Assembly: GCF_044704955.1 (NCBI RefSeq)
Contig: NC_091977.1
Coordinates: 329,654,001-329,718,000 of the forward strand
Direction of reading: 5' to 3'
DNA length: 64,000 nt
From: Pristiophorus japonicus
Lineage: Eukaryota
Shown piece by piece: positions 24,445-35,750 of this stretch. Position numbers and translations under genes: made by a program. The notes below the pieces were generated by a model. That model was not told the origin of the DNA. It did no database searches and saw only the letters and a list, made by a program, of their open reading frames with translations. Each line of letters begins with the position of its first letter. The stretch's first letter is position 1.

Positions 24445-26645
24445 TAAAAGAGAATGTGGAAATGCTCAGCAGGTCAGGCAGCCTCTGTGGAGAGAGAAAC
24501 AGTTACCGTTTCAGATCGATGACCTTTCATCAGAACTGGAAAATGTTAGAGATGGAACTCCAGCACAGAGGCAGGGAAAGGGGGAGGAACGAACAAAAGG
24601 GAAGATCTGTGATCGGGTGGAAGGCGGGAGCAATTAAATGACAAAAGTGTTGATGGTGCAAGGTGATTGAGATGGTAATGGGACAAGTAAAAAAACAAAA
24701 GATGGGTCTAGAGGTGTAAATAGGAATATCAGAATCATAAGCAACAGCTGCTGTCCAAGAAAATGGGGACAAAGGTTATGATCTGAAATTGTTAAATTTG
24801 TTGTTGAGTCCAGAAGGGCAATAGAAAGATGAGGTGCTGTTCCTCGAGCTTACCTTGAGCTTCATTGGAACAGTGTAAGAGGCTGAGACACAGTGCGGAT
24901 TTTGTCCCCTATGGGGCACAACGGACATGATTTTTGCAGCGTGACGGCTACAGGAAAAATGCAGGGAACAGCGCCAGCCCTTACACATGGCTTTCTTCGA
25001 CCTTACAAAGGCCTTTGACACTGAGGGTATATGGCGTGTCCTCCTCCGTTCGGATGCCCCCAAAAATTCGTCACTATCCTCCGCCTGCTCCACAATGACA
25101 CGCAGGCCGTGATCCTTGCCAACGGATTCATCACAGACCCAATCCACATCTGGAACGGGGTCAAACAGGGCTGCGTCATCACTCCAACCCTCTTCTCAAT
25201 CTTTCTCGCTGCCATGCTCCACCTCACAGTCAACAAGCTTCCCGCTGGAGTGGAACTAAACTACAGAACCAGTGGGAACCTGTTCAACCTTCGCTGTCTC
25301 CAGGCCAGGCCCAAGACCACCTCAACCTCTGTCATCGAGCTACAGTACGCGGGCGACACCTGCGTCTGCGCACCTACAGAGGCTGAACTCCAGGACATAG
25401 TCAATGTATTTACTGAGGCGTATGAAAGTATGGGCCTTACACTAAACATCCATAAGACAAAGGTCCTCCACCAGCCTGTCCTCGCTGCACAGCACTGTCC
25501 CCCAATCATCAAGATCCTCGGCGTGGCCCTGGACACTGTGGACCACTTCCCATATCTCGGGAGCCTCCTATTGACAAGAGCAGGTATCAACGACGAGATC
25601 CAACACCGCCTCCAGTGTAGCCTTTGGCCGCCTGAGGAAAAGAGTGTTTGAAGATCAGGCCTTCAAAACTGCCAACAAGCTCGTGGTCTACAGGGCTGTA
25701 GTAATACCCGCCCTCCTGTATGGCTCAGACATGGATCATGTACAGTAGACACCTTAAGTTGCTGGAGAAATATCACCAACCATGTCTCCAAGATTCTACA
25801 CATCCCCTGGGAGGACAAGCACACCAACATCAGTGTCCTCGTCCAGGCTAACATCCCCAGCATTGAAGCACTGACCACACTCGATCAGCTCTGCTGGGCA
25901 GGCCACATAGTTCGCATGCCAGACACGAGACTCCCAAAGCAAGTGCTCCATGCGGAGCTCCTTCACAGCACATGAGCCAAAGGTGGGCAACAGAAACATT
26001 ACAAGGACATCCTCAGAGCCTGCCTGATAAAGTGCAACATCCCCACTGACACCTGGGAGTCCCTGGCCAAAGACCGCCCTAAGTGGAGAAAGTGCATCCA
26101 GGAGGGTGCTGAGCACCTCCAGTCTCAACGCTGAGAGCATGCAGAAATCAAGCGCAGACAGCGGAAAGAGCGTGCGGCAAACCAGTCCCACCCACCCCTT
26201 CCCTCAACGACTATCTGTCCCACCTGTGACCGAATCTGTGGCTCTCGTATTGGACTGTTCAGCCACCAAAGAACTCACTTCAGGAGTGGAAGCAAGTCTT
26301 CCTTGATTCTGAGGGACTGCCTATGATAAGAGGCTGAAGACAGAGGTGGGAGTGGAGAATTAAAGTGACAAGCGACCAGAAGATCGGGATCATGCTTGCG
26401 GACTGAAGAGAGGTGTTCTGTAAAGCGGTCACCCAATCTGTGTTTAATCTCCAATGTAGAGGAGACCACATTGTGAGCAGCGAATACAGTATGCTAAATT
26501 GAAAGATTTAGCTGGAGGAGGATAAAGATAGGGAGGGTGAGGCCATGAAGGGATTCACAAATAAATTGCTGTTCACCTGGAAGTAGTGTTTGGGGACCTG
26601 GGCAGTGGGAAGAAAGGAGGTCAAAGGGCAGGTGTTTCATCCATT
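24445..26645 (-). mobile_element. Penelope-like element fragment (GIY-YIG C-terminus plus terminal repeat), split by an RTE insertion
   Basis: Minus-strand peptide KHRLGDRFTEHL..VRKHDPDL.VACHFNS is typical of the PLE endonuclease. The terminal repeat at 24445-24540 recurs at about 27400, 41570 and 45140. Confidence 0.8.
24891..26326 (+). mobile_element. RTE-clade LINE 3' part with target-site duplication
   Basis: FDLTKAFD, NGVKQGCV, LQYAGD; flanked by taagaggctga at 24876-24886 and 26327-26337. Confidence 0.93.
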
Positions 26646-27399
26646 TCCTATAAAGCTAGTGAAATATTGGGTGAGGTAATACTTTATACTCGCTATGTTG
26701 TCCTTCTGCGTCAAACAAAAATGTAAATACTTCAGCTTTGTAAATTCAATTTGAAATGAAATGAATATGTCAGTAACAACAACAACTTGCATTTATGTAG
26801 CACTTTTTTAATGTAGGAAGAAAAGTCCCAAAGTGCTTCACAGAAGCCGAATCAGACCAAAGTGGATGCTGAGCCAAAAAACAAAATATCAAAGGGTGAC
26901 CCAAAGCTCAATCAGTTTTTTGGGGAGGGAGGGAGGGAGGGAGGGAGGGAATATATTTTCCGGAGTTGGGGCAAGCTGCGAATGGTGAAGCGAAGAGGGG
27001 GAGGAACACAGTTCTGCAGGAGTTGCTGGGCTGGAGAAGGATAATGATGGGGAGAGGTGAGGTCATGAAGGCATTTAAACATGAGGATAAGAATTTTCAA
27101 TGAAAGGCACTGAGAGCCAATGTAGGTCAGCAACAGCAAGGACAGGAGAGATTTTTGGGCAGGATATCATTCTAGTCAATTCCTACAGTAATAACAAACT
27201 AGTGTAATCATCCATTATTTTTCTCCAACCATAAATCCAAACAACATTTTAGTCTGCAATTTTCTGTTATCAAACTTGCCTATTCATTTTATTTGTCTTT
27301 TGAACTCTCCGTCTTAGTCTTCAAGGTAAATGATTTTGCTGTATATGTTTCTCAGATGTCCCAGCTCCATCTCCAAGAGAGTATAAAGAATGTGGTATA

Positions 27400-27513
27400 A
27401 CTGTTCTGACAAAGGGACACAGACCCGAAACATTAACTCTTTCTCTCCACAGATGCTGCTTGACCTGCTGAGATTTCCAGCATTTTCTGTTTTTATTTCC
27501 GATTCCAGCATCT
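27400..27513 (+). repeat. Solo Penelope-like terminal repeat
   Basis: gttctgacaaagggacacagacccgaaacattaactct...atgctgcttgacctgctgag..ttccagcattttctgtttttattt. Confidence 0.75.
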
Positions 27514-28013
27514 GGTGTGTGTGCGCGTGTGTGTACACATAAGCTAACTCGGCACTGGACGGGTAATTGTCACTGCAATTACTTTCCAGTTCGTTTTCAA
27601 CAATTTGTTTGAATGGGGGAGTTTTTATTATTGCATCCATCCCAACCTCGAAGCCCAAGACTGGTTGTTGCCAGTTGCTGGATAAGAAGAAACTGGCCAT
27701 ACTCCACCCCTGTTGCAACTCTGGCCTTGCAGCTTGCTCCATTTATGCTCCAGATACTTAAGCAAATCGCTCCACTCCTTGGCCATATGAAAAATTTAAT
27801 CCACTCAAAATCTGAATTGGTGCATTCTTCCTGTAAATATATATGTTGTGAAAGATTTAAATAATGTAGATATTTCAAATGTATGTACTTTTATAATGCA
27901 GACCAATATGATTCTGTGGGTGAATTTTAACTTGTTCAGTGCATTAGGCTAAATTTCTGGCTTTGTTTAAAAGATTCCATTGCATCTGTTCTTGATGCCT
28001 GCCTTTCTTTCAG

Positions 28014-28090
28014 CCCTAGTGCCAGACAGTGTGAAGAAGGAGCTTTTGCAAAGGATAAGGACCTTCCTTTCTCAGCATGCCAGTCTCTGA
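28014..28090 (+). CDS. ENY2: ENY2 exon 5 (last coding exon)
   Basis: tttctttcag acceptor; [25 protein letters not shown] then TGA; completes a 96-aa protein from ATG 21853. Confidence 0.97.
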
Positions 28091-28330
28091 GTTTGGGATG
28101 ACCAAATTACATTGCCATTTCTTTGACTTAATCCATGTTTTGAAACAGCAATCATCAGTGCACCAGTGCCCAGTTGAAGCTGCACATAGTTTTATTTTTG
28201 TGACAAACTTTTGTGACAATTTTTTGACAAGTTTTATTGTTTTATTTTTTACGTTCCTGAATGTGATTCACAAGCAGCTTTTCTATTCACTCCCTTCTGT
28301 CTTTTCCTTGGTATGTTAAATCTTTGCTTC

Positions 28331-28336
28331 AATAAA
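28331..28336 (+). terminator. Probable ENY2 polyadenylation signal
   Basis: AATAAA about 240 nt after the stop codon, followed by T/GT-rich sequence. Confidence 0.65.
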
Positions 28337-28593
28337 ATGATTTTGAAATGATTATTGTCTTGATTTACTTGTTATGTGAAATGATTGTTTTTGTTCAAAA
28401 AGAACGGAAATATAGACTTGTACGTGCAGTTATCAGTATTCCAAACAGTTGTTGGAGAATGAAAATGTTTACAGTTGTCAAGATGTCACTGTCTGAAAAT
28501 CCAGTTTACATTTCTTTAAGCCTGTGTGGAGCATGCCTTTTTGCTTTGTTGTTCTTGAGCATTTTGTATCTGTATTGTTTTGGGAGCAGCCAC

Positions 28594-29012
28594 TGAGCTG
28601 TCTGTTTGGTTCACGGTCGAGCACTCTCCTCCTGAGTCAGATGGTCATGGGTTAAAACCTCTCTCCAGGACTTGAGCACATTAATGCAGTACTGAGTGCT
28701 GTATTGTCAAGGGTCATTTCATTTTAGATGAGAACTGTCTGCCTGCTTAAGTGGATGTAAAATATGCCATGGCTTCATTTGAAGAAAAGCAGGAGTGTTC
28801 TGGTGTCCTGGACAATATCCCTCAACCAACACCATCAAACACGTTAACTGGTCATTTATCTCATTACTGTTTGGGATCTTGCTGCGTGTAAAATGACTGT
28901 TGCATTTCCTACATTACAACAGTGATTATACTTCAAATACTTCATTGGCTGTGAAATGCATTGGTACATCCGGAGATCATGAAAAGGCGCTATATAATTA
29001 CAAGTTTGTTCT
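28594..29012 (+). mobile_element. Deu-domain SINE
   Basis: Diverged head, core (GATGTAAAA..GCCATGGC..GAAGAAAAGCAGG) and tail AGGCGCTATATAA. Confidence 0.8.
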
Positions 29013-30587
29013 TATTTCTTTAGAGAGGTTGTTAACCTTTTAGCATCTGATTGTAATTGGTTGGCAGAAACTGCATGGAAATCTGGAGGAATTGGCAAAC
29101 TTGATGCTATGGGGGAACTTTCCTGTTCAATTTTTGAAATTGCGAAATTTGAGAAAGTTCTTTTGGGTTTTCCTATTTTTCTTAAATCCCTTTCTAGATT
29201 CAAGAGTCTTGCTGTAAGAAATGGGTGAACCATTCCTTCATGGGCTCACTTGCTGTGCCACAAGATATTGCATTAGTTTTTGTTGCTGTGTAATGGATGG
29301 AATTTGAAGCCTGCTGGGCCCTGAGGATATCTCTCTGCTGATGGTTTGAAAAATTAATTCCACATGCCTTAAATAATACACTAGTCCTGTATCCTAGAGG
29401 GCTTTGCCTGCAAAAGTGTGGGCACCTCATTTTATATATGAATAATAAATAGCCACAAAACTCTGGCAGAGCCTCTGTCAATAGTGTTTGTCTTGAATTC
29501 TGTACACAGTTGGAATACTGATCAGAACTATAGTGTACATTTTTTTATTCTTCAAAGCAGTTTTAGTGAAATTACCTTGTATAGTTCCACTGATCAAGAG
29601 TAAAGGAGTAACGATAAATCTGCATAAAATACTGATTCGGCCATAATTGGAGTCCTTTGTGAATTTTAGAGAACCCATTGTAGAAAGGAGATTTAAAGCC
29701 ATAGGGCTCAATTTTCCCCAGTTATCTGTGCTGTTTTTTTTGGCCTAAATTAAAATATCCAAGTTTCCCCAACGTTTGTGCGCCAGGGTAACTCAGTTAT
29801 AATATATTTAGGTTAGTTTTTTTCCGCGTCCTAAGGGACGTAACCTGATGTCTGCGTCAGTTTTTCACATTTATGCAAGTTTGGCCAACTTGTATTTCTC
29901 CTAGGATGACGTATGTGACCACTTCCAAAAAATCTTCAGGACACTTAAGAAAAACCAGCGCACTGTTTTTTAAAAAAAAAATCGGCATAGAAAGACGCCT
30001 TTATTTTTATGTGAAGTTTTTGAGGGAGTCAAGAACGCATTAAATATGCATCGTGAAGCTTAATTTTTTTCAAACTTGAAAGTAGAAGTCGAATGCAATT
30101 CTTTTAATTTTGGATTTTTTCGAAGTGCCACGCCACCACCAAACGTCTCCTCGCCAGGCTCGAGGGTCGGAGCGTCGGCCGGAAAGAATTGGTCACTTGC
30201 CCGGACACTGGCTAGGGGCTCAGCTTCAAAAGAAGGTGGGGGGGGGAGGGTTCGATGCCGAAGTGAAGGTATGAGAAGCCTTGCACTATGCAGCTGCATC
30301 GGAGGGTGGGGGGGTATTGGGTGTTGGCCGAGCCCCTATGTCCGGGCAAGGGAGCGATTCTAATGGCTGACCCTCGAGCCCAGTGAAGAAAAAAATCTAA
30401 AATTAAAGAATTGCATTAGACTTTGTTGCCCCAAATGTTCTCATTTGAATGCCTAGCTTCCCATTCTAAGCAAGCCTATTGCACATGCGCAGACCTGGTG
30501 TGGTTGACCTTTGGGGGAGAGAGAGAGAACAAAGAAGCTTTAACTCCTTGTCCTGTTTTGAATTTCTTGCAAAGGTACAATTTAATT

Positions 30588-31791
30588 ATGGGGGCAATAT
30601 TGACAATGCAATACCTCGTGCAAGCCTTCTGCGTGATGGTGCTGCGGAGGAGACAATTGATTCGACATCATCGCATGAGGAACCTCAGAACACATAGGAT
30701 GATGGGTAGGAGGCTTTACCCATGTCGGCTATATTGAGACAGGCATTCATACCTGCACCCGAGTGATGCAGTCTGTGAAAAGGCTGCGATTCCACAAATA
30801 ATTTGTAACTAAGATCTGCGAGTTAGTAAAAGCACATCTGCAACCGAGAAGTGTCACGAGAACTGCTTTGTTAGTTGAAGTGAAGGTTGCAGCTGCACTT
30901 TCATTCTATGCATCTGGATCATTCCAGGCCACAACTGGGGATGTGTGTGCCATTTTTCAACATGCAGCACATATCTGCATTCGGCGGGTGACTGCTGCAC
31001 TATATTCCTGGAGGAATGACAACATAAAGTTCCTCATGACCGCCCAGGCAATGTGTGAAAGGACTGTGGGCTTCTCCAGGATTGCTGGCTTCCCAACGCT
31101 ACAGGGCTGCATTGATTGTACCCACATTGCCTTGCGAGCACCTTTTTGGAGGATTCCGAGATGTACAGGAACAGAAAAGGCTTCCATTCTGTGAATGTGC
31201 AGCTTGTGTGATGACATGCATCGCATCACGTCAGTTGATGCGAGATATCCTGGGAGCACCCATGATGCATTCATCCTACGCGAGAGGGCTATATCTGCCA
31301 TGTTTCAGCAGCAGTCAGAAGGCCAGAGCTGGCTGCTGGGAGACAAAGGGTTTGGCATCGCCACCTAGCTCATGACGCCCCTACGCGTAACCCGGACGGA
31401 AGCTGACTGGGAATACAACATGTCGCACATTGCGATGCGCAGCATAATAGAGAGGAGCATTGGCATCTTGAAACAGTGTTTCCCATGCCTGGACCATTCC
31501 GGAGGCTACTTGCAATACTCCCCTGAGATTGTCGATCAGTTCACTGTTGTGTGCTACATGCTGCATAACTTGGCCATCATGAGGCAGCAGCTGCTGCGAG
31601 TAGAAGACCCACGTGAGGTGAGAATGGCTGATGAGGAGGAAGATGCAGATGACAAGGAGCAGGATGAGGAAGCCATGCAACTACCTGAACCCGGGGCACG
31701 ACGGCGGCGGAGGAGGGCGGGCCGGCGTGCCCCTTTAACGATTGCTCGAGCCTTGCGCCAGCAGCTCATCCGTGAACGCTTTGCTGCCTGA
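30588..31791 (+). pseudogene. Harbinger DDE transposase (HARBI1-like), disrupted
   Basis: AALSFYASGSFQ, GCIDCTHIAL, YPGSTHDAFIL, LLGDKG, IIERSIGILK across several frames; contains stops and frameshifts. Confidence 0.92.
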
Positions 31792-32369
31792 AGGCTCAGC
31801 AGCAACTATTGCAAATGGGCCATGTTTACTGTTTGGACCTGCTCTGTATTGTGTTGTGTTACATAAGAACATAAGAAATAGGAGCAGGAGTAGGCCGCCT
31901 GGCCCCTCGAGTCTGCTCTGCCATTTAATAAGATCATGGCTGATCTGATCATGGACTCAGCTCCATTTCCCTGTCCGCTCCCCATACCCTTTATTCCCTT
32001 ATTGCTCAAAAATCTGTCTATCTCTGCCTTAAATATATTCACTCTACACAGCTCTCTGGGGCAGAGAATTCCATAGATTTTCAACCCTCTGAGAGAAGAA
32101 ATTCCTCCACATCTCAGTTTTAAATGGGTAGTCTCAGAATAAGGGGCTATGTCCCCTAGTTTTAGTTTCCTCTATGTGGAAATATCCTCTCTGCATCTAC
32201 CTTGTCGAGCCCCCTCATTATCTTATATGTTTCGATAAGATCACCTCTTATTCTTCTGAACTTCAATGTGTATAGGCTCAACCTATCTTAAATCAACCCC
32301 CTCATCTCCAGAATCAACCTAATGAACCTTCTCTGAACAGCCTCCAATGCAAGTATATCCTTCCTTAAA

Positions 32370-32688
32370 TCATCATAGGCAGTCCCTCGAAATCGAGGAA
32401 GACTTGCTTCCACTCTAAAAGTGATTTCTTAGAACAGTCCAACATGGGAATTACAGTCTCTGTCACAGGTGGGACAGACAGTCGTTGAAGGAAAGGGTGG
32501 GTGGGACTGGTTTGCTGCATACTCCTTCTGCTGCCTGCGCTTGTTTTCTGCATGCTCTCGGTGACGAGACTCTAGGTGCTCAGCGCCTCCACTTAGGGCG
32601 GTCTTTGGCCGGGGACTCCCAGATGTCAGTGGGGATGTTGCATTGTATCAAGGAAACTTTGAGGGTGTCCTTGAAATGTTGAAACGAT
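32370..32688 (-). mobile_element. RTE 3' fragment nested in CR1
   Basis: RTE terminus catcataggcagtccctcg; flanked by t(c)cttaaat / ttcttaaat. Confidence 0.85.
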
Positions 32689-34274
32689 TCTTAAATATGG
32701 AGACCAAAACTGTACGCAGTACTCTAGATGTGGCCTCAGCAATACCCTGTACAGTTGTAGCAGAACTTATCTGCTTTTATACTCTCTCCCCCTTGTAATA
32801 AAGGCCAACATTCCATTGGCCTTCCTGATTACTTGCTGTACCTGCATACCAACTTTTTGTGTTTCATGTATAAGGACCCCAGGTCCCTCTGTACTGCAGC
32901 ACTTGCAATTTTTCTCCACTTAAATTATAATTTGCTTTTCTGTTTTTTCTGCCAAAGTGGAGAACCTCACATTTACCCACATTATACTCCCATCTGCCAA
33001 ATTTTTGCCCACTCACTTAGCTTGCCTATATCCCTTTGCAGATTTTTTGTGAACTCACAATTTGCTTTCCCACCCATCTTTATATCATCAGCAAACTTGA
33101 CTACATTACACTCGGTCCCGTCATCCAAGTCATTAATATAATGTTGGCCTTTATTGCAAGGGCGATAGAGTATAAAAGCAGAGAAGTCCCGCTACAACTG
33201 TACAGGGTATTGGTGAGGCCACACCTAGAGTACTGCGTACAGTTTTGGTCTCCTTATTTAAGGAGGGATATACTTGCATTGGAGGCAGTTCAGAGAAGGT
33301 TCACGAGGTTGATTCCGGAGATGAGGGGGTTGGCTATGAAGAAATGTTGAGTAGGTTAGGCCGGTACTAATTGGAGTTTAGAGAAATAAGAGGTGATCTT
33401 ATTGAAACATGTAAGATACTGAGGGGACTCGACAAGGTAGATGCAGAGAGGATGTTTCCCCTCGAGGGGGAATCTAGAACTAGGGGGCATAGTTTCAGAA
33501 TAAGGGGTCGCCCATTTAGAACGGAGATGTTGAGAATATAGATTGTAAATAGTTGAGGACCCAGCACCGATCCCTGCGGCACTCCATTAGTCACTGTTTG
33601 CCAACTGGAAAATGACCCATTTATCCCGACTCTCTGGTTTCTGTCAATCCTCCATCCATACTAATATATTACCCCCTACCGCATGAACTTTTATCTTGTG
33701 CCGTAACCTTTTATGTGGCATCTTATCGAATGCCTTCTGGAAATCCAAATACACCACATCCACTGGTTCCCCCTATCCACCTTGCTCGTTACATCCTCAA
33801 AGAACTCCAGCAAATTTAAGCAAATAAAACTATGCTGACTCTTGTTTGATTGAATCATGCTTTTCCAAATGTCCCGCTACTACTTCCTTAATAATGGACT
33901 CCAGCATTTTCCCAATGACAGATGTTAGGCTAACTGGTCTCTAGTTTCCTGCTTTTTTTCTACCTCCTTTTTTAAATAGGACCTCCCCAGAATCCAGGGA
34001 ATTTTGGTAAATTAAAACCAATGTATCCACTATCTCTGCAGCCACTTCTTTTAAGACCTTGGGATGTAAGCCATCAGGTCCAGGTGACTTGTCCGCCTTT
34101 AGTCCCATTATTTTACCTAGTACTACTTCATTAGTGATAGTGATTGTATTGAGTTCCTCGCTCCCTGTAGCCCCTTGATTGTAAACTATTGGGATGTTTT
34201 TAGTGTCTTCTATCGTGAAGACCGATACAAAATATTTGTTCAACGTCTCTGCCATTTCCCTGTTCTCCATTATT

Positions 34275-35033
34275 GGCTTGGAAATTCCGCTTTTTCCTTC
34301 CCGCGGGCGTTCGATTAGATTTTAGAGAAAAAATGCGCACCTACCTGAAGCTGCTGCACCTGCTCGACTTCCCGATCCACAGGCCTCCTCTTCCTGCACA
34401 TCGCAGCGCGTGCACGTCGGGACATACGCAGGCCTGGAGCTGAAGTCACATGGCTCTGGGCAGCCAGTCAGGTATAGTATATTCTCATTCATAGTAATAG
34501 GAGTTTCGTAAGTCTACTATTACTATGAATGAGAAACCCCTCCCCAACACGCAAAACAATAATAAAATATAGAAAATATATGCTACATATTTAAGATTCA
34601 TTTAAATTATAGTTATTAATGTCTTATTAAAAAAATAGGGAATTTTCTTTAATAAGTTTTTTTAATTATGCCTTCAAATAAACTGACTGTCGTGGGGAGG
34701 GTTTTTAAACAATAAAATATATTTTAATAACTTTATTTTAATGTTTTTGTGTGTTTTAAAACACTTGCACCTGTAAAAGTAGGCTATGTGCCTGTTTTTT
34801 CAGGCGCAAGATTTTTGAGGACATTTGGGCAAGATATGTGTAAATATCGCAATCTAGCCTGTACAACAGTCCACGCTCCCCATCTGGCTACGATCTGTCA
34901 AGCTCCAGCTTGACCGATTGGAAAAGCCGGTTTTCAGCGCATGCGCATTGCGCGCTGAAAACTGACTTTTCCGATGCCTTCCCGGGTCCGTAGAAACTTC
35001 GTACGGGCCCAGGGACATCAGAATTTCTACCCC
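34275..35033. mobile_element. Non-autonomous Harbinger-type MITE nested in CR1
   Basis: The CR1 reading frame is continuous across it; ATT is duplicated; imperfect TIRs GGCTTGGAAATTCCG / GGGGTAGAAATTCTG (11 of 15 match). Confidence 0.8.
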
Positions 35034-35750
35034 ATTAAGTCCCCAGTCTCATCCTCTAGGGGACCAACATTTACTTTAGCCACTCTTTTCCTTTTTATGT
35101 ACCTGTAGAAACTCTTACCATCTGTTTTTATATTTCGTGTTAGTCTACTTTCATAATCTATCTTCCGTCTCTTTTTCATTTTTTTCGTCATTCTTTGCTG
35201 GCTTTTAAAAGTTTCCCAATCCTCTGGCCGCCCATTAGTCTTGGCCACATTGTATGTTTTTGTTTTCAATTTGATACCAGCCCTTATTTCCTTAGTTAGC
35301 CACGGATGCTTATCCCTTCTCTTACAGTCTTTAAATGGAAATGATTCAGTTATAATTTAAAATGTATTGTATTCAAAAGTTTAACACTTGTTTGTACTTA
35401 ACTTTAATACAAGAATATTTTTATCTAACTTTAAAGTTTTCAGTTAAGGTCGCTTACAAACTCTTAAACTTGTAAATTTACATAACTTACAAAAAAACTT
35501 TTAAGTTGAGAACAGTTACAACAGTAATAACAATAATAATAACAGCAGCAGCAAAGAATGGCTGCACCCATCTCTCCTTCACCTTATTCTAAGACTGCCT
35601 GTTGCGCTTGGTCTTGTTGACTCCACTCCTGCCCGCAGGCAGTGGCACAGTGTTTCTCGAGTTGGTAGCAAGCTTATTCTTTCAAACATCTCAGATAATG
35701 TGCATTTCTTGTTCGGCGGGAGGGGCAGGCTGTAATGTGGAAGGCCTGGT

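Larger units (their letters stand above)
31861..35332 (-). mobile_element. CR1 LINE inserted in the Harbinger and itself interrupted three times
   Basis: Tail (acataaga)n at 31861; ORF2 pieces [36 protein letters not shown]; interrupted at 32370-32688, 33141-33534 and 34275-35033. Confidence 0.9.

Noticed and set aside
27356-27542. Possible alternative last exon of ENY2 (tttctcag|ATGTCCC..., open in phase)
   Set aside because: It runs through a Penelope-like repeat, would delete the conserved C-terminal helix, and has no support beyond one acceptor-like site.
30588-31791. Host HARBI1 gene
   Set aside because: It has frameshifts and stops and lies within TIRs and a TSD, so it is a transposon copy rather than the domesticated gene.
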